NCBI GenBank assembly: GCA_029555085.1
Contig: JAKPTO010000026.1
Coordinates: 37,217 to 101,216, forward strand
Reading direction: 5' to 3'
Length of the DNA stretch: 64,000 nt
Origin: a bacterium
GTDB taxonomy: Bacteria > Patescibacteriota > Patescibacteriia > UBA1558 > S5-K13
The notes under the pieces were generated by a model that saw only the letters and a list, made by a program, of their open reading frames with translations, had not been told where the DNA came from and searched no databases. Position numbers and translations under genes: made by a program. Positions 17,801 to 26,049 of the stretch are shown piece by piece (position 1 is the first letter of the stretch; the number at the start of each line of letters is the position of its first letter).

Positions 17801-20356
17801 AGTGATAGTTGCACGACCGCCGACTGATAAGTTATTCGTTAGTGTAGTGGCACCGTTTAAAGTTATAGTATCGTCACTATTTGCATATAAAATTCTTCCC
17901 CAATCACCATCACTGGCTCCATATTTTACAAACGCAGTTCCTCCACCCACGCCATAAGAACCCATTGGTGCGGTATAACCAGCAGCAAGATGTTCATCTG
18001 ATATAACAATATTCATTTCTCCTCCATAACCATCTACAACAAAACTTGCTATTGTATTAACATTACTATCAACTACTGTTAGCGCATACTGTGGTGTTGT
18101 GGTACCGATTCCGACGTTGCCTGATCCGACATTAACTGCTATGTTATTATAATGCATTATATCGTTGTAACCGCTAATATCTACAGCCTCATAAACTACC
18201 ATTGGTGCATCTCCCGCTAAATCATATATACCAAACTCATCGTTGCTAAACATTCCACCATTACCAATATAAAAACCTCCTTTGCTATAATCGCCACTTT
18301 CAAAACTAGCAATCATATCTGTACTTGAAACATGTAAACCGCTCAGAGGATCTGTCGTCCCTATCCCAACATTTCCTGAGTTATAGTAAATATCAGATCC
18401 ATTTGTAATCCACTGAGATGATACAATTGGCGAGCCATTTATAGAAAATCCGGCTGCATCTACTATTCCGGTTGAAGCGGTGATAGTTGCGCGACCGCCG
18501 ACTGATAGATCGCCTATAAACGAAGAAGCGCCTGATTGTAATATTTTTAATACTGTACCACCATAATAATAAGCATTCTCACTAGTATCATACACGGCTA
18601 TATAAGTATCATCACCCTTATTAATTAAACCTATTTCATCAGTTATGGCGCCAGAAACCAATGCTACTGGACCATATAAACCATTAGCAATTATCTCTGA
18701 TCCAAAATCAGCAATTCCCGTTAAAGCAGTAATAGTTACCTTGCCTCCTATTGATATATCTCCGGTAAAATTAGCTCCTGATAAAAGTGCATAAGAAGTT
18801 GAAGCAGCAGTCCACACAGGATCTAATTCTGTAATTAAACTTCCAAGTGGTGAACCATTCCAATAAAGATCTCCACCTAGATTATATAATGTATCTACTG
18901 TTACAGCTGGAGTTGAAGATGCGATATTCAAACCATTATTTGTTACTACTAATCCCATTGCGGTTGTTGTTGCAAACGAAGAACTTCCAGTTACTATTAA
19001 ACTAGCAGATGAATATAAATCTGATGATAAATTTACAGGACCGTCAAAAGTATTTATTCCCGTCCATGTATTATTATCAGATAAAGACACCCCTCCCCCA
19101 TTTTGAACTATCGTAGTTCCACCACCAATAAAATTATATACGCCCCCAGTAAAAGACCCGTCCTCCCCTTTATCTCCTTTGTCTCCTTTTTCGCCAGTAT
19201 CTCCTTTTGGTCCAGCATCTCCCTTGTCTCCTTTTTCACCTTTTACCAAAATTGTTTTTTGGATAACCTGCGTATCACCATTTGCTGTATGATAATTTTG
19301 AATTATTTGGGGTTGAACTTTGTCGGTAGCCCCGAGATAAATATTTTTTATCTCCTGCGTTTCAGCTGCATCTCTTATAAATCGAACAACGCTATCCCTA
19401 AGAACTAAATTTATTGATAAAACTTTATTCGCAAATTTTTTTGATATATTCTCAGAATAATCTCTATATTTATTTAAAGAAACAAGAGAATTAATTATTT
19501 TCTGTAAAAATGTTAGCTTAGATGAAATATTGACAGACACCTCGCTTGCGCCAAGTACTCTATGAGATGGGTTATTTTCTGTATAATAATTATCTTTTTT
19601 ATTTAAAAACGCTCTTGGGTTAAAATATGAAATCCTATCAACAACAGAATGAGCTAATTCTTTATAATTATTTTTATAGCGTTTTAATAAATTAAAATTA
19701 TTAAGTTGTGAATTTCTTAAAAATTTACCAAAATTTGTTAATTTATTTTTTATGTTTGAAAATTGATATTTGTAAGCATTGGAAAATTTCTCAGAAGAAA
19801 GTGATAAAATTCTTTCTACTTTATTTTGATTTTCTCCATAAGTACCGAGAGCAGAAGGAATAAAAAATCTCATTGTCAAAATTAATAAAAAACTTATAGC
19901 TAAAAAATTTGCCAATCCAATTAATTGATTCGGAGAATGTGGTTTTGGGGATCTAAACTTTGAAGATTTTAAATTAGAATATTTTTTAGACTTATCAAAT
20001 TTAAAAAATGTAAAAACTGACAATAAAAAATTTCTAAAAATGTTTACTATATGATAAAAAGTTTTTTTAAATTTTTCTTTATTAAAAAAATGAATTTCTG
20101 CTAAAAGTATGTCTGGTAAATTTGGTTTTCTATTAAGTGAAACATCTTCATACTGAATTTGAAAATTCATCTCACTATTCTTCTCTTCATACTCTTTCAA
20201 GTAGCTTTTTTTCGTAAACCATATTCCATCAATTTTCTCTGCTTTTAATTTTCCCTGCCTCGCGCGAAGAGATAAATATTCTTGTGAATATGAACAATAC
20301 TTTGTCGCCTGTGACAAAGTAATGTATGGTTCTATTTGTTGATTTTGTTCGTCCAT
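14813..20356 (-). CDS. Giant membrane-tethered fibre protein: N-terminal HTH-like domain, TM helix, collagen-like GXY repeats, beta-helix repeat region, C-terminal tail-fibre intramolecular chaperone (peptidase S74) domain, Thr/Glu-rich tandem repeats
   Basis: HTH_17/excisionase-like N-terminus (YITLSQATKYCSYSQEYLSLRARQGKL...IDGIWF). TM helix LIGLANFLAISFLLILTMRFFIP. Collagen-like GEKGDKGDAGPKGDTGEKGDKGDKGEDG. Repeated LSVGGRATITASTGIVDAAGFSINGSPIVSS. S74-like GFITTQVEEIAPELL...IDYESFTPVMVSAIQEQQQQINEIRAQ. Confidence 0.6.
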   Translation of the reverse strand: MDEQNQQIEPYITLSQATKYCSYSQEYLSLRARQGKLKAEKIDGIWFTKKSYLKEYEEKNSEMNFQIQYEDVSLNRKPNLPDILLAEIHFFNKEKFKKTFYHIVNIFRNFLLSVFTFFKFDKSKKYSNLKSSKFRSPKPHSPNQLIGLANFLAISFLLILTMRFFIPSALGTYGENQNKVERILSLSSEKFSNAYKYQFSNIKNKLTNFGKFLRNSQLNNFNLLKRYKNNYKELAHSVVDRISYFNPRAFLNKKDNYYTENNPSHRVLGASEVSVNISSKLTFLQKIINSLVSLNKYRDYSENISKKFANKVLSINLVLRDSVVRFIRDAAETQEIKNIYLGATDKVQPQIIQNYHTANGDTQVIQKTILVKGEKGDKGDAGPKGDTGEKGDKGDKGEDGSFTGGVYNFIGGGTTIVQNGGGVSLSDNNTWTGINTFDGPVNLSSDLYSSASLIVTGSSSFATTTAMGLVVTNNGLNIASSTPAVTVDTLYNLGGDLYWNGSPLGSLITELDPVWTAASTSYALLSGANFTGDISIGGKVTITALTGIADFGSEIIANGLYGPVALVSGAITDEIGLINKGDDTYIAVYDTSENAYYYGGTVLKILQSGASSFIGDLSVGGRATITASTGIVDAAGFSINGSPIVSSQWITNGSDIYYNSGNVGIGTTDPLSGLHVSSTDMIASFESGDYSKGGFYIGNGGMFSNDEFGIYDLAGDAPMVVYEAVDISGYNDIMHYNNIAVNVGSGNVGIGTTTPQYALTVVDSNVNTIASFVVDGYGGEMNIVISDEHLAAGYTAPMGSYGVGGGTAFVKYGASDGDWGRILYANSDDTITLNGATTLTNNLSVGGRATITASTGIVDAAGFSINGSPIVSSRWTPNAYGNGIYYNSGRVGIGTNDPQATLDVTGDVYFYDSTKTRSISFFPSSGNQEIRASGQLNIVPSSGGVLLRSGSNTSLTMRNSSNDSTILLHSRGASYFNGGNVGIGITAPSSALHVVNSTSPQLTLGYNSATSTTFGTDSSGDLTINTTGGHIVFANNNVFNIGGVSALPYNAISNSGVSTLELDDNDLYVEGTLDVKGHSYFGSALRVNGLIYTLSSFFATQPSSKIWLGHSRADLANFRAFATGNVYIDEDNAALYLGEDQDANILWNGTDLVINTGAGTLNVTGTSTMRDIVPESNLTYTLGSSDYRWTDLWAEEIHVGTSTWAIRPHSSSYAYGTLEFRDETNNVSPLTLSQSKIIADVPIELIKSATIVSDLGHVPVLKVVNTSAHPSANLFEIQSRVEYEETLFSVDYIGRTTIKNLGKEKVLGFVLQNSEGDNVFTVSSDGLVLADTGYDTPAADYAEYFYTNNTNISSGEVVCIDFANNNAISRCATSSDSNIIGIISTKPGFIGNSKEEYKNNPNYKLVALLGQIPAFVSNENGDINPGDSLTSASRQGYLMKANQGDSTVGVALESFSGDFGTINVLISRNNKSVTVNEIEKEVTTKVLEAKDENISEIQSIIDSYNIEQRFDSLNNEITNLRNQLNNSVPSSEQIVENATIDQLDGIISLNKLTDIEAVNFVWIENETQINKLGFITTQVEEIAPELLNIDESGNKSIDYESFTPVMVSAIQEQQQQINEIRAQFGMSLDALEDLVLSGALQVEGLVDLGRDTVGQAKILTGATSTAVMFEHEYRNDPVITISPRALINGGYYIDEVTKNGFVIKIENTQETDVIFDWHSFGAYKGMIFSSDGTSELISSSTEQGLIEETPIEDTTETTTEDNISSGNQTTETSIDTTQTETTTEQETPIEDTTETTIEDDISSGNQTTETSIDTTQTDTTTEQETSAEETTETTITETEVTIETIEE
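14880..15125. repeat. Intragenic tandem repeat, about 117 bp x 2, encoding a Thr/Glu-rich C-terminal repeat
   Basis: Near-identical DNA unit (ttctgtggttgt.tctgtttgagttgtgtctattgaggttt...) appears twice. It corresponds to the protein repeat ETPIEDTTETT.EDNISSGNQTTETSIDTTQT.TTTEQ. Confidence 0.7.
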
Positions 20357-20759
20357 ATTGACAAGCTTGTATGAAATTTTATTTTTGTTTTAGATTTCAT
20401 ATCTTCTATTATTATATATAATTATATATAATTTACCCGATATATTCAATACTTTTTATCCGATATATTATTTTTTATACCCGATACGGTTTTTATCCCT
20501 TTATTTAAAGGACAAAAATCATATGGGATAAATTTTTATAAAATAAGACAAAGCATATAAATTTGACAAATTTTCAATAAAAAAATAATATTTTTCAAAA
20601 CCCAAATAAATTACCTATACAAATATTTATAGAAGTGGAAAACTATATAACCAATTTAGTTTAAAAATTAAATAAAATTACCTGAAAGTTAGAGTGCTTA
20701 CTTTATTATTTTTAACAAAGGCGCTATACTAAAATTATAAATATATCAAAAAATAATAT

Positions 20760-21218
20760 ATGGAAAAATTAATAATTTTGAATAAAAAAATTGACTACGA
20801 ATATGAAATCAAAGAAAAATTTGTAGCTGGATTAGTTTTGTTTGGCGATGAAGTTAAGTCAATAAAAAATTCTTCATTTGACATGAAAGATTCGTATATA
20901 AAAATTTCATCTGAGTCCGAAGTTCTTCTTCTCAATTTTAAAATTTCTCCATACAAAAAATCAAATTTAAACTTATTGAAACACAAACCCAATAGATCCA
21001 TAAAATTACTACTCAAAAAATCTGAAATTAAAAAATTAAATTCTCTTTTAAAAGAAAAATCCTACACTGCCATTCCTAAAAAAATTTTTGTAAAAAACAA
21101 TTTTATAAAAGTTGAAATTGCTGTTGTAAGGGGAAAGAAAAAATATGAAAAAAGAGAATTTATAAAAAATAAAGAAATTAAAAAAGATCTACAAAAAAAT
21201 TATAAACTTCATAGTTAA
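20760..21218 (+). CDS. smpB: SsrA-binding protein SmpB
   Basis: FVAGLVLFGDEVKSIKN, ISPYKK and C-terminal basic tail match the SmpB family. It lies adjacent to the tmRNA. Confidence 0.8.
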   Translation: MEKLIILNKKIDYEYEIKEKFVAGLVLFGDEVKSIKNSSFDMKDSYIKISSESEVLLLNFKISPYKKSNLNLLKHKPNRSIKLLLKKSEIKKLNSLLKEKSYTAIPKKIFVKNNFIKVEIAVVRGKKKYEKREFIKNKEIKKDLQKNYKLHS

Positions 21219-21521
21219 ATTTTTTAATAAAAAATTTTTAAAAACCATCTTGTACAAATTTTGTGTTCAATTTAAAATGTCTAAAATTATCAAAATTACA
21301 CCCTTAAAATTATCAAATTTCACATAAACAATCTTCTTTAAAATTTCTAAAATACTAAAAAATTATATAAATTAAAAATAAAATTTTTTATATTTTTATA
21401 AAAAATATCCACTCCTAAATAGTACATATAAAATTTATTACATTTGGCGATTGACAGATGATAAAAATTGCTGTATACTAATCCTATAAATTATACGCAT
21501 AAAATTGTATAATTTTTTTAT

Positions 21522-21912
21522 GGGGATGTATCAATTTGATGCATAAAAAATTTGTTCTTTGGCAAGTCAAGTTTTGCGAAACTTGTAAAAAACGCTAAAT
21601 CATAAATGTCAAATCATTTATAGAAAAAGTTAAAGTTGCATTTAGTAATCCAGCTTTCAACTTTTCAATTGCTTAATCTTTTTTAAAAATTAAGCCATCC
21701 TCTATCTTCATACTCGATGGGGATTTACGAGGGTGTTATATTTTCGAGTTATACTATGGTAATTTCCATGTGCCATAGTGAAAACTTATGGAATATATAA
21801 ATAATATTTTTCTTATTTATAGTTATTTATAGAATTTTAAAAATAAGATAAACTTGTAGATAAAGAATGAATTGTTAGGCAGACAGGGGTTCAAATCCCC
21901 TCATCTCCACCA
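21522..21912 (+). ncRNA. ssrA: tmRNA (ssrA)
   Basis: 5' GGGGATG pairs with 3' CATCTCC-A-CCA to form a tRNA-like acceptor stem. The 3' T-arm GGGGTTCAAATCCCC is canonical. Length about 391 nt, immediately downstream of smpB. Confidence 0.8.
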
Positions 21913-22053
21913 TAATTTATTATTACCCAAATCTTTGATATAATAAATATGGTTTAATAATTAACCAAAAAACATATAAACAAATTTTTAAACAATAGAA
22001 ATACTAATAATTCTAAAAAATATAGAATTAATAACCAAATAAGTATAGACAAG

Positions 22054-22509
22054 GTGTTTGTGATAGGTTCTAATGGTGAAAAATTGGGAATCATGGACAC
22101 GCATTCCGCTATTACAAAAGCAAAAGAATCAGGACTTGATCTAGTTGAAGTTTCTCCAAATGCTAATCCTCCGGTATGTAAAATAGTTGATTTCGGACAA
22201 TTTCAATACAGTAGATCAAAAAAACAAAAAACCAACAAGCCAAAAAAGGTTGAAATAAAAGGAATAAGATTGTCTCTAACCATAGGAAAACATGATTTAG
22301 AGGTAAAAAGAAATCAGGCAAAAAAATTTCTATCACAAAAAGATAAGGTTCGTATAGAATTAATGTTAAGAGGTAGAGAAAGGCAGCATGTAAATAAAGC
22401 AAAAGATGTAGTAAATGAATTTTTATCGGAAATAATAGATGATATATCCATAGAACAAGATATGCGCTATATGTCTGGAAAACTATCAATGATTATAAAA
22501 TCTAAATAA
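22054..22509 (+). CDS. infC: Translation initiation factor IF-3 (likely starts upstream at a non-AUG codon, e.g. ATT 22027)
   Basis: GEKLGIMDTHSAITKAKESGLDLVEVSPNANPPVCKIVDFGQFQY matches IF3. The frame is open upstream to a stop at 22015-22017 and contains an ATT at 22027. Confidence 0.85.
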   Translation: MFVIGSNGEKLGIMDTHSAITKAKESGLDLVEVSPNANPPVCKIVDFGQFQYSRSKKQKTNKPKKVEIKGIRLSLTIGKHDLEVKRNQAKKFLSQKDKVRIELMLRGRERQHVNKAKDVVNEFLSEIIDDISIEQDMRYMSGKLSMIIKSK

Positions 22510-22595
22510 GTAAATTGAAAAAATATAAAGTTAAATACCTACAATAGAACAGGAAAATTATAAATATTGACATAAGCATTTTAAAACTAAAATAT

Positions 22596-22781
22596 ATGCC
22601 AAAATTAAAGACATACAAAACATTATCAAAACGAATAAGAATTACAAAAAACGGTAAAGTCATAAGAAGGAGTAAATCACAGGATCATTTTAATACTAGA
22701 GAAACTGGAAAGACAAAAAGAAATAAAAGGAAAGATGTAAAAGTCTCGGATGTTTATTCAAAAAACATAAGTAAATTATAA
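22596..22781 (+). CDS. rpmI: 50S ribosomal protein L35
   Basis: MPKLKT..., 61 aa, basic. Sits in the infC-rpmI-rplT operon order. Confidence 0.8.
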   Translation: MPKLKTYKTLSKRIRITKNGKVIRRSKSQDHFNTRETGKTKRNKRKDVKVSDVYSKNISKL

Positions 22782-22823
22782 TACTTAAGCATTGTTTTAG
22801 TGCTTAATTAGGAAATAAATTAT

Positions 22824-23171
22824 ATGCCAAGAGTAAAAAGAGGTGTTACACATCTTAAAAAAAGAAAAAAAATATTGAAAAAAGCTAAGGGTTATAAATG
22901 GGGAAGAAAATCCACAATAAGAGCAGCAAAAACAGCTGTTAAAAAGGCCGGGCAACATGCGCTTCATGATAGAAGAAAGAAAAAGGGCGTTATGAGATCC
23001 TTGTGGACAACAAAACTCAACGCAGCGCTTAGAAAATATGAAATATCATATAGCAAATTTATAGACATGCTAAAAAAGCAGAACATAGAATTAGATAGAA
23101 AAATACTTGCTGAAATAGCAGAAAAAAATCCAGAAATATTTGAAAAAATAGTAAAATCTATTCAGAAATAA
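22824..23171 (+). CDS. rplT: 50S ribosomal protein L20
   Basis: MPRVKRGVTHLKKRKKILKKAKGY...SYSKFI...LDRKILAEIA matches bL20. Confidence 0.85.
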   Translation: MPRVKRGVTHLKKRKKILKKAKGYKWGRKSTIRAAKTAVKKAGQHALHDRRKKKGVMRSLWTTKLNAALRKYEISYSKFIDMLKKQNIELDRKILAEIAEKNPEIFEKIVKSIQK

Positions 23172-23195
23172 GAAAAACCTTTGGGTTTTTCTGTT

Positions 23196-23272
23196 GGAGC
23201 GGTAGTTCAGTTGGTTAGAACGCCTGCCTGTCACGCAGGAGGTCGAGGGTTCGAGTCCCTTCCGTTCCGCCA
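23196..23272 (+). tRNA. tRNA-Asp (anticodon GTC), CCA encoded
   Basis: Manual fold: acceptor GGAGCGG/CCGTTCC with one G-U pair, D-arm TAGTTCAGTTGGTTAGAAC, anticodon loop cTGTCAc, T-arm GAGGGTTCGAGTCCCTT, discriminator G, then CCA. Confidence 0.8.
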
Positions 23273-23443
23273 GAAAAATCTAAATATATAAAATAAATAC
23301 TCTATCAAATGTAGGGTTTTTATTTTTTACAAAAAGGGACGAGAAGTTTATCCCGCCGTATGGCGGGAAGTCCCTTCCGTTCCGCCAGAAGAATCTAAAT
23401 ATATAAAATAAATACTCTATCAAATGTAGGGTTTTTATTTTTA
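23255..23443 (+). repeat. Direct repeat, 74 bp x 2 (period 115 bp). It comprises the last 18 nt of tRNA-Asp plus 56 bp downstream, with a GC-rich hairpin between the copies.
   Basis: Copy 1 at 23255-23328 and copy 2 at 23370-23443 are identical except for one a/g difference. The spacer carries the hairpin gggac...cccgccgtatggcggg...gtccc. Confidence 0.7.
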
Positions 23444-23649
23444 TACAGATATTGCAAAACACATACCTTTATTTGACTCAAAGCGTTAATATGTTAAAAT
23501 AAACAATTAAATATTAAATGTTATATTATTTATTGTGAGAATAAACCAATAACAAATACAAATATCTTTAAAATAAAAAAACCTGTTAAAAAAGCAATAG
23601 AATTGATATAATTTATAAATAAAATAATAAAATACTAAATAAAAACTAT

Positions 23650-25335
23650 ATGACAAAAAAGAAGAAAACAATATTTATAATATTCTCTATTATTATACTT
23701 ATAATAGTATCTAGTTTTATTTTTAAAAAACCAAACACGACTTATACTACTGAAAAAGTACAAAGAAAAGACCTAAAACAAACTGTTAGTGAAACTGGGA
23801 CTATTAAATCCTCTGACGAAATAGAACTAAATTTTCAAAATACTGGAAAAATAACAAAAATCCTTGTAAATGTTAATGATAAAGTAAAAGAAAATCAAAT
23901 CTTAGCAGAATTAGATCATAGAAGCTTAGATATATCTGCAAAAAATGCAATCGCAAGCTTAGATATAGCAAAAGCTAATTTAAATAAACTAGTATCTGGC
24001 GCAACCCAACATGAAATAAATACACAACAAATTGCTGTTAATAAAGCTGAAACAGAATACAAATCTGCTTTAAATGAATTAGAAGAAGCCAAGGCAAGTA
24101 TAATAAAAACCTCTAAACAAGCAGAAACAGATGCTCTAATTTCAATTGATACAAATATTTCAAAAGCGCAAATAGCTGTCGATAATATCAACACAATTTT
24201 AAATGATAATGATGCTCAATATCTCTTGGGTGTTAAAAATTCATCAATACTTTATCAGACAAAAAATTCCTACAATGATGCAAAACTACTAATTTCAAAT
24301 GCTAAATCCTCTATCAATACAGCAAAAAATACTAAAACTAGAAATGATATAAAGCTAGCCATAAATAAAACAATCGAAGCTTTGGATTCAACATTTAGCG
24401 CATTAACAAATTCTTATCAAATGCTTGAAGATTCAATTATTTCCTATCAATTCACACAAGCAAAGTTGGATTCCTATAAATCTATAATTAGCACTCAACA
24501 AATAACCATATCCAATGCTCTATCCTCTGTTAAAAATTCGTTAAATATATTAAACAACACAGAACTAAGTAGCGACGGACTAACTATTTCAGGAAGTCAA
24601 ACAATTGCAACAGCTCAATCGAGAGTTGATTCTTCTTACCAAGCTTTTCAATTAATAAAAGCTCAACTTGATGAATTAAAAGCTCCTGCAAGAAGTCAAG
24701 ATGTTATTTTATATCAAGCACAGGTAAGGCAAGCTGAGGCCAATCTAGAATCCATACAAAATCAAATTGAATACAATATAATAAGAGCGCCAATTAATGG
24801 AACAATAACTCAAATTGAATATAAAAAAGGAGAACAATTTTTAGCTACAAAACCAGCAATAAAAATGCTATCTGAAAATAAATTAGAAATAGAAGTCGAT
24901 ATTTCAGAGTCAGATATTACAAAAATAAAAATTAATGATCCAACTGAAATAACCCTAGACGCTCTAACATCTGAAGAAAAACTATACGGAAAAGTTTATA
25001 ATATAGACCCAGCTGAAACAACAATTCAAGATGTAATTTACTATAAAACCAAAATCAGCTTTGATATTCCAGAAGAATTAGTGGAGAATATAAAACCTGG
25101 AATGACAGCAAATGTAATAATTACAACAAAAAATAAAGCAAATGTGCTAGTTATTCCATCTCGCGCTGTTATAGAGAAAAATGGGGATGGAAAATTTGTA
25201 AAAATATTAGAAAATAAAAAAGAAAAGGAAGTATCTGTAAAAACAGGAATATATGGCGATGATGGAATGGTAGAAATTTTATCAGGACTAAAAGAAGGAC
25301 AAGGAATAATAACTTCAACAAACACAAAAAAATAA
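23650..25335 (+). CDS. Efflux transporter periplasmic adaptor subunit (HlyD/MacA/YknX family)
   Basis: N-terminal TM helix, long coiled-coil region, and C-terminal beta-barrel (VLVIPSRAVIEKNGDGKFVKIL...VKTGIYGDDGMVEI). Confidence 0.65.
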   Translation: MTKKKKTIFIIFSIIILIIVSSFIFKKPNTTYTTEKVQRKDLKQTVSETGTIKSSDEIELNFQNTGKITKILVNVNDKVKENQILAELDHRSLDISAKNAIASLDIAKANLNKLVSGATQHEINTQQIAVNKAETEYKSALNELEEAKASIIKTSKQAETDALISIDTNISKAQIAVDNINTILNDNDAQYLLGVKNSSILYQTKNSYNDAKLLISNAKSSINTAKNTKTRNDIKLAINKTIEALDSTFSALTNSYQMLEDSIISYQFTQAKLDSYKSIISTQQITISNALSSVKNSLNILNNTELSSDGLTISGSQTIATAQSRVDSSYQAFQLIKAQLDELKAPARSQDVILYQAQVRQAEANLESIQNQIEYNIIRAPINGTITQIEYKKGEQFLATKPAIKMLSENKLEIEVDISESDITKIKINDPTEITLDALTSEEKLYGKVYNIDPAETTIQDVIYYKTKISFDIPEELVENIKPGMTANVIITTKNKANVLVIPSRAVIEKNGDGKFVKILENKKEKEVSVKTGIYGDDGMVEILSGLKEGQGIITSTNTKK

Positions 25336-26048
25336 TGCTTATACAAATCAAAGATATAAAAAAAGAATATTCTAATGATGAAGTAGTAACTGAGATACTT
25401 CACGGATTATCTTTTGAAATTAAAAAAGGTGAATTTGTTTCCATTATGGGTCCATCTGGATCTGGTAAATCAACACTCATGCATATTTTAGGACTTCTGG
25501 ATAGACCTACAACTGGAACATATTTTTTTGAAAATCAAGATGTTTTAAAATTAACTGATGATGAATTGGCAAATTTGAGAAACAAAAAAATAGGATTTGT
25601 TTTTCAAGCTTTTCATTTACTACCAAAAACACAAGTAATAGATAATGTGATGCTTCCACTCATATACTCTGAAGAAAAAACAAATCACAATGAAAAAGCA
25701 AAACAAGTACTAGAAAGTGTTGGACTATCACACAGAATGTATCACTACACGAATCAAATTTCTGGTGGAGAAAAGCAAAGAGTCGCTATCGCAAGAGCTC
25801 TTGTAAACAATCCCGATGTTATTTTTGCTGATGAACCAACTGGAAACTTGGACTCAAAATCAGGAAAGCAAATTATGGAAATTCTACAAGATTTAAATGA
25901 CAAGGGCCATACCATTATTCTCGTAACTCATGAAACATACACCGCGGAACACGCTCATAGAATTATAAAAATTGTAGATGGACTCATAACTGAAGATTAT
26001 AAAGTTTCCAATAGGCGCTTAGCAAAAAACGAAAACGGCATAAAATAA
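25335..26048 (+). CDS. ABC transporter ATP-binding protein (MacB/LolD-type)
   Basis: Walker A GPSGSGKST, signature LSGGEKQRVAIARAL, Walker B VIFADEPTGNLD, and an H-loop. Confidence 0.85.
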   Translation: MLIQIKDIKKEYSNDEVVTEILHGLSFEIKKGEFVSIMGPSGSGKSTLMHILGLLDRPTTGTYFFENQDVLKLTDDELANLRNKKIGFVFQAFHLLPKTQVIDNVMLPLIYSEEKTNHNEKAKQVLESVGLSHRMYHYTNQISGGEKQRVAIARALVNNPDVIFADEPTGNLDSKSGKQIMEILQDLNDKGHTIILVTHETYTAEHAHRIIKIVDGLITEDYKVSNRRLAKNENGIK

Positions 26049-26049
26049 T

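Noticed and set aside
14813-20356. Prophage (because of the tail-fibre S74 chaperone domain and collagen repeats)
   Set aside because: Flanking genes are tRNA-synthetase, small membrane proteins, smpB/tmRNA and ribosomal proteins. There are no capsid, terminase, portal or integrase genes. The protein has a TM anchor and HTH-like N-terminus, consistent with a cellular surface protein.
21219-21521. Possible additional small RNA or tRNA between smpB and tmRNA
   Set aside because: No cloverleaf or conserved structure recognisable. The region looks like an AT-rich promoter/leader for ssrA.
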